From Candidatus Nanobsidianus stetteri (GTDB taxonomy: Archaea; Nanobdellota; Nanobdellia; Nanobdellales; Nanobdellaceae), in the NCBI GenBank assembly GCA_000387965.1, contig APJZ01000003.1, positions 30,001 through 62,000 on the forward strand: 32,000 bases of DNA, written 5' to 3'. Numbering within the stretch: position 1 is the stretch's first letter; each line of letters starts with the position of its first letter. Of the stretch, positions 1-6,015 are shown one piece after another. Under the pieces are notes generated by a model. The model had not been told where the DNA came from and did not search any database. It saw nothing but the letters and a program-made list of their open reading frames with translations. The position numbers were made by a program, and so were the translations under genes.

Positions 1-461
1 TTTTCCAGATTTTTCTTTATTATACCATAAAACCACCAATCTATTTCTTCTTCATACCATTTTACATCCTTTATCGGATCATAATTTCCAGGACCAATAT
101 ATTGTCCCTCCTCATTTGTTGAACCTGAAATATCTATTACATGTATCAATGCATCTGCCTGTCTTACATCATCTAAAAATTTATTACCTAAACCTCTACC
201 TTCATGTGCACCAGGAACTAATCCTGCTATATCTAATATTTCTATTGGAACAAACCTATATTTTCCCTTTATAAAACCATACCTTGGGTTTGATTTAACA
301 TTAAATTCTGGTCCTACATCTTCTACTCTAACATACCCATAACCTTTATTTGGTTCTATTGTAGTAAATGGATAATTTGCAATTGCAACATCTTGTAATG
401 TCATTGCTTTAAACATAGTAGACTTTCCAACATTTGGTTTTCCAGTAATACCTATTTGCAT
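1..461 (-). CDS. ychF: YchF/OLA1-family P-loop GTPase/ATPase, N-terminal part (C-terminus runs off the left edge of the window)
   Basis: Absent from the ORF track because it is open at the window edge. My own reverse translation from the ATG (complement of 459-461) gives MQIGITGKPNVGKSTMFKAMT..ANYPFTTIEPNKG..LDIAGLVPGAHEGRGLGNKFLDDVRQADALIHVID. G1 (GxxxxGKS), G2 (FTT) and G3 (DxxG) motifs occur in Obg/YchF order. Confidence 0.75.
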   Translation of the reverse strand, partial: MQIGITGKPNVGKSTMFKAMTLQDVAIANYPFTTIEPNKGYGYVRVEDVGPEFNVKSNPRYGFIKGKYRFVPIEILDIAGLVPGAHEGRGLGNKFLDDVRQADALIHVIDISGSTNEEGQYIGPGNYDPIKDVKWYEEEIDWWFYGIIKKNLE

Positions 462-496
462 TATAATTTAATAACTAGAATCTTTTTAAAATAAAT

Positions 497-570
497 AGCG
501 GGGGGAGGATTTGAACCTCCGACCTGGGGGTTATGAGCCCCCCGGGCACTCCTGGCTGCCCTACCCCGCT
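497..570 (-). tRNA. tRNA-Met(CAT), initiator type
   Basis: Reverse complement AGCGGGGTAGGGCAGCCAGGAGTGCCCGGGGGGCTCATAACCCCCAGGTCGGAGGTTCAAATCCTCCCCCCGCT folds as a 74-nt cloverleaf. It has an A1:U72 end pair and an anticodon stem of five G:C pairs including three consecutive G:C next to the CUCAUAA loop, both initiator hallmarks. No CCA is encoded. Confidence 0.9.
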
Positions 571-607
571 ATATTAAATAAATAATTATCAAAAAATATA
601 AAAAAGG

Positions 608-898
608 TTACTGTTTTTTAACAAGTACAATTTCTATACTTGATATTCTTCTCTTTTTACCAGTTTGATCTACTTGTCTTTCTTCAGAATCTATACTTAT
701 ACTTTTTATATCAACTTGTCCAGCCATAAATTTCTTTCTTACTACTTCTGCTACATCTACTGCTCTAGATATATATCTTCCCCTTGCCTTTATTACAACT
801 TCTTTTGCATCCTGGCTTGTAAATTGCATTGCTACAGCTGTTACATAGTTCATAAATGGCTTATTTCCTATATATATTATTGTTTGTTCTGCCATCAT
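608..898 (-). CDS. albA: Alba chromatin / RNA-binding protein
   Basis: 96-aa ORF. The pattern IYIGNKPFMNYVTAVAMQF...VVIKARGRYISRAVDVAEVVRKKF is the Sac10b/Alba family pattern. ATGA overlap with the upstream S17e stop. Confidence 0.85.
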   Translation of the reverse strand: MMAEQTIIYIGNKPFMNYVTAVAMQFTSQDAKEVVIKARGRYISRAVDVAEVVRKKFMAGQVDIKSISIDSEERQVDQTGKKRRISSIEIVLVKKQ

Positions 899-1089
899 GA
901 GCTTTGTAATTTTTTAATTTGCCTTGTTATATATCCAGCCAACATATTTCTTAATCTTTTTGATGGAACTTCAGCCACAACTTCTAATATTTTTACATTT
1001 TTCTTATAATCTGTAGTAAATAGATTGGAATATTTTTCTAATATTTTATTAGCTTCTCTTCTAAATTTACCATGAAGGATTCTACCCAT
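895..1089 (-). CDS. rps17e: 30S ribosomal protein S17e (eS17)
   Basis: 64 aa. MGRI..KILEKYSNLFTTDYKKNVKILEVVAEVPSKRLRNMLAGYITRQIKKL matches the archaeal S17e pattern (MGRIR..FTTDFE.NK..V..V....SKRLRN.IAGYITR). Confidence 0.85.
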   Translation of the reverse strand: MGRILHGKFRREANKILEKYSNLFTTDYKKNVKILEVVAEVPSKRLRNMLAGYITRQIKKLQSS

Positions 1090-1112
1090 AATTCTTTATT
1101 ATAAAAAATAAA

Positions 1113-1120
1113 TTTATAAA
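1113..1120. promoter_or_regulatory. Palindromic TATA-like octamer TTTATAAA, possibly shared by divergent rps17e and ppa
   Basis: TTTATAAA is its own reverse complement. It sits at the midpoint of the 53-nt divergent spacer, about 27 nt from the rps17e ATG (1089) and about 26 nt from the ppa ATG (1143). This is the spacing expected for archaeal TATA boxes driving leaderless mRNAs. AT-rich background makes this weak evidence. Confidence 0.35.
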
Positions 1121-1142
1121 AAGATAGTAAACTATAATAAAA

Positions 1143-1658
1143 ATGAAGGCAGGAAAACAGCCTCCAGAGGATATAAATGTATTCATAGAAATACCAAAGG
1201 GTAGTAATATAAAGTATGAATTCGATGAAGAAGAGAAAGTAATAAAAGTAGATAGAATATTATATACCGCAATGTTTTATCCATTTAATTATGGATTTAT
1301 ACCAGAAACTTTAGAAGAGGATGGAGATCCATTAGATGCTTTAGTTATTACATATGAATCATTCATTCCTGGAGTATTAATAAGGGCAAGACCAATTGGT
1401 GTATTGGTAACAGAAGATGAGGAAGGAGTTGATAGAAAAATAATTGCAGTACCACATGAAAAAATAGATCCAAGATTTTCAAATATAAAAGATATAAAAG
1501 ATTTACCAGAAGCAATATTAAATCAAATAAAACATTTCTATGAACATTATAAAGAATTGGAACCTGGAAAATTTGTTAAAGTTAAAGAATTTAAAGGAAA
1601 GGAAGAAGCATTAAAGATAATTAATGAGGCTATAGGTAGATTTAAAAATAAGAAATAA
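1143..1658 (+). CDS. ppa: Family I inorganic pyrophosphatase
   Basis: 171 aa. The pattern [16 protein letters not shown]...[34 protein letters not shown]...[12 protein letters not shown] is the canonical soluble PPase motif set. Confidence 0.9.
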   Translation: MKAGKQPPEDINVFIEIPKGSNIKYEFDEEEKVIKVDRILYTAMFYPFNYGFIPETLEEDGDPLDALVITYESFIPGVLIRARPIGVLVTEDEEGVDRKIIAVPHEKIDPRFSNIKDIKDLPEAILNQIKHFYEHYKELEPGKFVKVKEFKGKEEALKIINEAIGRFKNKK

Positions 1659-1664
1659 TAAATA

Positions 1665-1670
1665 TTTTTT
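1665..1670 (+). terminator. Oligo-T (T6) candidate archaeal terminator after ppa
   Basis: T6 run 7 nt after the ppa stop codon. Oligo-T is the known archaeal termination signal, but T-runs are common in this composition. Confidence 0.3.
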
Positions 1671-1720
1671 AGTGAAGAAGCATTACGCTTCTGAAAGATG
1701 ATGAAAAAATATTTTTCTGA
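1671..1720 (+). ncRNA. Candidate C/D-box sRNA (2'-O-methylation guide)
   Basis: Layout: C box GUGAAGA (1672-1678), 12-nt guide agcattacgctt (1679-1690), D' CUGA (1691-1694), 3-nt spacer, C' AUGAUGA (1698-1704), 12-nt guide aaaaatattttt (1705-1716), D CUGA (1717-1720). The 12-nt guide spacing and short D'-C' spacer match archaeal sRNA geometry. GAAGA is a k-turn-compatible variant. Confidence 0.55.
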
Positions 1721-2790
1721 TGATAATTAAAAAGAGTTTTGAAGAACATTTTAAAGAATTATTAGGAGATAAATATGAATTGTTTTTGGAATGGTCTTTT
1801 AAATTATTAAAGAAATCTATAAGAATTAATACAATAAAAGTAAAAGATAATATAAATTTTGAAAACTTAAAAGAAATATTATTATCAAAACAGGATCATT
1901 TAAAAGAAAAAGAATTAAAAGAAATATTCGAAAAAATTGATAATTTATATAATTTAAAGCAAAATCCTTTTAATTTAAATATAAATGCAAAAGAAGTATT
2001 ATCTAGATTAAAAGAATACGGATGGGAAATTGAAAGAATACCTTTCTATAAATATGGATTTTGGATAAAGGGGGAAAGAAGAGATATTGGAAATACTACA
2101 GAATTTCAATTGGGATATTATTATCCACAGGAAGCTGCATCAATGATACCACCTTTAGCATTGGATTTAAAAAAAGATGATCTAGTTTTAGATGTAGCAG
2201 CAGCACCAGGTTCTAAAACAACACAAATTGCAATGCATATGGAAAATGAGGGATTGATAATAGCAAATGATGTATCAATTGATAGAATTAAAGCATTAAG
2301 CGAAAATTTACAAAAGATGGGTGTAATAAATACAATTATAACAATGATGGATGGAAGAAAATTATATAAATTAAATTTAAAATTTGATAAAATTTTATTG
2401 GATGCCCCATGTTCTGGAACTGGTGCAATAAGGAAATCATATAAAACATTAAAGATATGGAATGAAGATACAATAAGTAGATTAGCAAATTTACAAAAGA
2501 AATTATTATTAACCGCCTTTGATTTATTAAAGGATAATGGAATTTTAGTTTATTCTACATGTTCTGTTGAACCATTAGAAAATGAATTTATAATAGATTA
2601 TTTATTATCTAAAAGAGAAAATGCTAAAATTGAAAAAATAGAAATACCAAACTTAAAGAAATCTGAAATAATTTCTGAATATAATGGATATAAATTGGAA
2701 CATGAAGAAGAAATAAAAAATACAATAAGATTATGGCCTTGGGATAATGATACAGAAGGTTTTTATATTGCAAAGATAAAAAAAATATAA
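1720..2790 (+). CDS. NOL1/NOP2/Sun-family RNA cytosine-C5 methyltransferase
   Basis: 356 aa. SAM-binding motif DVAAAPGSKTTQIA and catalytic motifs DAPCSGTG and YSTCS. C-terminal EGFYIAKIKK is typical of the family. Confidence 0.9.
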   Translation: MIIKKSFEEHFKELLGDKYELFLEWSFKLLKKSIRINTIKVKDNINFENLKEILLSKQDHLKEKELKEIFEKIDNLYNLKQNPFNLNINAKEVLSRLKEYGWEIERIPFYKYGFWIKGERRDIGNTTEFQLGYYYPQEAASMIPPLALDLKKDDLVLDVAAAPGSKTTQIAMHMENEGLIIANDVSIDRIKALSENLQKMGVINTIITMMDGRKLYKLNLKFDKILLDAPCSGTGAIRKSYKTLKIWNEDTISRLANLQKKLLLTAFDLLKDNGILVYSTCSVEPLENEFIIDYLLSKRENAKIEKIEIPNLKKSEIISEYNGYKLEHEEEIKNTIRLWPWDNDTEGFYIAKIKKI

Positions 2791-2798
2791 TTTTAAAC

Positions 2799-2872
2799 GC
2801 CCCCGAGGGGATTCGAACCCCCGATCTCCAGGACCGAAGCCCGGAATGTTGTCCTGGCTACACTACGGGGGC
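2799..2872 (-). tRNA. tRNA-Arg(TCG)
   Basis: Reverse complement GCCCCCGTAGTGTAGCCAGGACAACATTCCGGGCTTCGGTCCTGGAGATCGGGGGTTCGAATCCCCTCGGGGGC is a 74-nt cloverleaf. Anticodon loop CUUCGGU gives anticodon UCG, and the T-loop is TTCGAAT. Confidence 0.9.
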
Positions 2873-4384
2873 TTTATTATATATTATTTCTTGATATGAA
2901 TTAAAATATTCATCAAAATATTGATCAAATGTATAATTTATATTATATTTCTTTGCTATTTTATTATATATATCTATCAATCTTTTTGGATAATTTTTAT
3001 CAGGAATTGAATTAGTTAATTTATGATATTCAAATATCTTAGAAAATCTTTTTTCTCTTTTTACATTTAATCCAATATTTTCATTATTATCTACATTATT
3101 TACCTCATATGTTGATTCAAATTTTCCAAAATTAAATCCCGAATATTCAACTGGATTCATTGCATTCATTAAATAATCTGAAAAATATTTATCATATATT
3201 AAATTTGGTAAAAACAATCCTAAAGAAATATATGGATTAAATACTGTAGAACTTTTATTATTAAATGGAATATAAATTGAAATATCATTTAAATCAAATA
3301 AATTAGAAATATATCCTATATCTTTTCCCAATAATGATAATTCTCCATATGCAGCTTTTTCTATTAAATATTTTGCAATATTATAATTTATTTCTGAAGA
3401 TTTATCCAAATTATTAAAATCAAATAATGATTTATTTAAATCTTTAATCGATACTTTTCCAATATATAACCCTTCTAGAATTGTTCCTAAAATATATCCT
3501 AAATATAATGTATCTAAACCATATCTATTTGATAAATCAATTAGATCTTTTATATATTCCTCATTTAATATTCCTAAAAATGGTCCTAAAATGTTAAATG
3601 GTTCATATGGATATTCTTTCTTTAAATTATTGACTAAAGGATAAATATATTCATCAAATATTTTTTTATTTTCTTCATCAGATAAATATATGTTTTTATA
3701 ATTTAAAATTGGAATTTTATCTGGTATAGATTGATAAAAATCTCTTATAGATTCTTTTCCTTCTTCTATTAATTCTATATCTAATCTTTTATTTTCAATT
3801 TTATTATCTCCTCCAATTGATAAACCAGATATATTATGATATCTATATAATACTGATCCAATTCCACCTTTTGTAACTTTTATTTTATTATTTTCAAATA
3901 TAATTAAATTTCCATATATTGTAAATTTTGATCCCAATCCATTTAATAAAATAATAAAATCTTTCCCACCATATATATCTTTTAAAGTATTATATAATTC
4001 TTCCTTTCTTTTATATATATCTTCAGATATATCATTTTCTAAAAATATAACATTATCATTTTCTATAATTAAAAAGTATTTTTTATCTGATTTTCCATAT
4101 AAAACTATTACATCATTACCTGTTAATTTAATATATTTACCAAAGGAAGATAAATTAATATCTAAAGAACCTGTTATCGGAGATCTATAAATAATTAATG
4201 AATTCCTATTATCTTTATTTTTTTGATGCCCAACAGAGAATATTGTTAAATTGTTTTCAAATGGGTTTTTTTCATATGTTTTATAATCAAAATGCAAATC
4301 AATTGAATGATCCAATGTTTTTGAATCAGTTACATAATTTCTTGATTCTTTTTTATATAAATCTATAAACAATACCCTAATCAT
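2858..4384 (-). CDS. Aldehyde:ferredoxin oxidoreductase (AOR)-like protein, apparently degenerate (no cysteines)
   Basis: 508 aa. N-terminal MIRVLFIDL.., GNDVIVLYGKSDKKYFLIIENDNVIFLEND.., ..KGGIGSVL and central LIDLSNRYGLDTLYLGYILGTILEGLYIGKV resemble my memory of AFOR_N/AFOR_C consensus (..cn.yGlDtis.g..ia.amEl.ekG). The protein contains no Cys at all. The last 15 nt overlap tRNA-Arg. Confidence 0.5.
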   Translation of the reverse strand: MIRVLFIDLYKKESRNYVTDSKTLDHSIDLHFDYKTYEKNPFENNLTIFSVGHQKNKDNRNSLIIYRSPITGSLDINLSSFGKYIKLTGNDVIVLYGKSDKKYFLIIENDNVIFLENDISEDIYKRKEELYNTLKDIYGGKDFIILLNGLGSKFTIYGNLIIFENNKIKVTKGGIGSVLYRYHNISGLSIGGDNKIENKRLDIELIEEGKESIRDFYQSIPDKIPILNYKNIYLSDEENKKIFDEYIYPLVNNLKKEYPYEPFNILGPFLGILNEEYIKDLIDLSNRYGLDTLYLGYILGTILEGLYIGKVSIKDLNKSLFDFNNLDKSSEINYNIAKYLIEKAAYGELSLLGKDIGYISNLFDLNDISIYIPFNNKSSTVFNPYISLGLFLPNLIYDKYFSDYLMNAMNPVEYSGFNFGKFESTYEVNNVDNNENIGLNVKREKRFSKIFEYHKLTNSIPDKNYPKRLIDIYNKIAKKYNINYTFDQYFDEYFNSYQEIIYNKAPVV

Positions 4385-4420
4385 ATAAGATAAATAATTC
4401 TTTAAACTATATTAAATTAT

Positions 4421-4503
4421 GGACCCGTGCCCGAGTGGACAAAGGGGGTCGGTTCAGGTCCGATTGGAGAGATCCTTCCGGGGTTCGAATCCCCGCGGGT
4501 CCA
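4421..4503 (+). tRNA. tRNA-Leu(CAG)
   Basis: GGACCCGTGCCCGAGTGGACAAAGGGGGTCGGTTCAGGTCCGATTGGAGAGATCCTTCCGGGGTTCGAATCCCCGCGGGTCCA is a class II tRNA with a long variable arm. Anticodon loop UUCAGGU gives CAG. Confidence 0.9.
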
Positions 4504-4537
4504 TTAATATTCAATAACTAAACTATAAAAAATATAA

Positions 4538-5131
4538 TTATTTATTTAATTTACTTTCCTTTAATTTATTTAAAAATTCTGCAAATTTCTTAGCAGATTC
4601 TTCTAATAATCCTTCTTCATTATTTATTACTTCTACTATCGTTCCATATTCAAACATAAATATTGTTGTGAAATATATTGTCAAATTTTGCTGAATTTCA
4701 ATTCTTTTTAAATTTTCTATATCCCTTCCTCTAATTTGTATATCTTTTAATCTTCTTACAAAGATTTTATCTGGATCTGATATTATTACTGCAATTCCAT
4801 CTGGTCTTAAAATTTCTGCATACTCTCTTAACATACCTGGTATATATCCCTCATATGATTCTATTACTAAATGTGTATCCAAAATTATATCACCTTCCTT
4901 TTCCATTTCTTTAATTCTCTTAATTGCTTCCTTTTGTATTTCTTTTTGTTGTTCGAATGTTAATTTCTTTCTTATTTCATCCCTGTTATTTATACCATAT
5001 TTTTCTTTTGCTAATTCAAACATAATATCTCCAGTATTTATAACTTTAAATTCATATTTTAAATATTTTTTAGCTTCATTAATTACCGAAGTTTTTCCAA
5101 CACCAGGTACTCCTACAACAATTACTATCAT
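4538..5131 (-). CDS. adkA: Archaeal-type adenylate kinase
   Basis: 197 aa. The N-terminal P-loop MIVIVVGVPGVGKTSV and the length (~195 aa) fit archaeal AdkA. Confidence 0.8.
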   Translation of the reverse strand: MIVIVVGVPGVGKTSVINEAKKYLKYEFKVINTGDIMFELAKEKYGINNRDEIRKKLTFEQQKEIQKEAIKRIKEMEKEGDIILDTHLVIESYEGYIPGMLREYAEILRPDGIAVIISDPDKIFVRRLKDIQIRGRDIENLKRIEIQQNLTIYFTTIFMFEYGTIVEVINNEEGLLEESAKKFAEFLNKLKESKLNK

Positions 5132-5219
5132 AAACTAAATAAATACTATGAAAAATAAAAATTTATTGAAAATATAATTTCTATAACAATTTAGAGTAAT
5201 TTCCAACATTTTAAATTAT

Positions 5220-5234
5220 AAAAATAAAAATTTA
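5220..5234 (-). terminator. Oligo-T tract (TAAATTTTTATTTTT on the minus strand) directly 3' of tRNA-Leu(GAG)
   Basis: Two T5 runs begin 2 nt after the tRNA 3' end. Identical 15-mer at 5151-5165, where it could instead act as the adkA TATA region. Confidence 0.3.
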
Positions 5235-5235
5235 G

Positions 5236-5319
5236 TGCGGCGGAGGGGATTTGAACCCCTGGCGGATCTTATCCAATCGGACCTCAACCGACCCCCTTTG
5301 GCCTCTCGGGCACCGCCGC
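5236..5319 (-). tRNA. tRNA-Leu(GAG)
   Basis: Reverse complement GCGGCGGTGCCCGAGAGGCCAAAGGGGGTCGGTTGAGGTCCGATTGGATAAGATCCGCCAGGGGTTCAAATCCCCTCCGCCGCA is a class II cloverleaf. Anticodon loop UUGAGGU gives GAG. Confidence 0.9.
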
Positions 5320-5453
5320 GTATTTTATTTTATATCTTCTAAAATTTTAAAATATAAGAAATTATATTTACAAACAAATAAATAATTATAACATTAAATC
5401 TTTTTATATATTGAATTAATTAAATTTTAGAGAAATATATAATATTATCATTA

Positions 5454-5948
5454 TCAACGATCGCAGCATGAATCTTCTTTATTATTTTTTGAAATCTTTA
5501 ACTTTTTGATATCTTTTCTTTTATTTAATCCTAGCAAAAATATTAAATTAACTATAAATAAAATATCACTAACAACTAATAGAATTTCTCCAAATTCAAA
5601 TATATTTAACCCAAATATTGGAGCAAGTGTTGCAACTAAGATTGCAAAAGAACCTGTACCACATCCAACCAAACATGCCTGAAATCCAGCAAAACCAAAT
5701 ATTGCAGAAATAAAAGATAAAATATTTCCTTTATAAAATTTCCTATAATTAATTATCATAAAAGATATTAAAGCAAAATTTAAAGAAAATAAAATTATAT
5801 ATAAGCATGAAAAGATTTTTACATAAATTGATGCCAATAACAAACCTAAAAATATTGATTTAATATAAAAATAACCAATTATAAAAAATATTATAATTAA
5901 AATAATTCCAATTTTACTTTTTATCATATCCTTAAAAATATTATTCAT
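5454..5948 (-). CDS. Hypothetical polytopic membrane protein with C-terminal CC motif
   Basis: Several hydrophobic segments, an ACLVGCGTG motif and a C-terminal ..EDSCCDR. The track starts at a TTG (5963); I prefer the in-frame ATG at 5946-5948. No family recognised. Confidence 0.5.
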   Translation of the reverse strand: MNNIFKDMIKSKIGIILIIIFFIIGYFYIKSIFLGLLLASIYVKIFSCLYIILFSLNFALISFMIINYRKFYKGNILSFISAIFGFAGFQACLVGCGTGSFAILVATLAPIFGLNIFEFGEILLVVSDILFIVNLIFLLGLNKRKDIKKLKISKNNKEDSCCDR

Positions 5949-6015
5949 TTTTATAATATTCAAAATATCTTTTTAAATATATTTTTATAATTAGTTAAAA
6001 TGGACAATAATCGGT

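Noticed and set aside
665-1009. 114-aa plus-strand ORF overlapping albA and rps17e
   Set aside because: It is antisense to two well-supported genes. The product is Y/I/F/L/C-rich low-complexity sequence typical of the shadow frame of AT-rich coding DNA, with no recognisable motifs.
1705-1716. Second (D-box) guide of the sRNA candidate as a functional methylation guide
   Set aside because: The sequence aaaaatattttt is pure A/T and unlikely to match structured rRNA or tRNA. It may simply be the promoter or 5' region of the downstream gene, so only the D' guide is proposed as functional.
5151-5234. Identical 15-mer AAAAATAAAAATTTA at 5151-5165 and 5220-5234
   Set aside because: It is a pure A/T low-complexity word in a promoter/terminator spacer. 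It is adequately explained as a T-tract terminator after tRNA-Leu(GAG) and a TATA-like region for adkA, so it is not convincing as a mobile-element or repeat signature.
5949-5963. TTG-initiated N-terminal extensions in the ORF track (here, and at 11853-11855 and 17905-17907)
   Set aside because: In each case an ATG follows within 1-5 codons. TTG starts are possible but less parsimonious, so I annotated the ATG starts.
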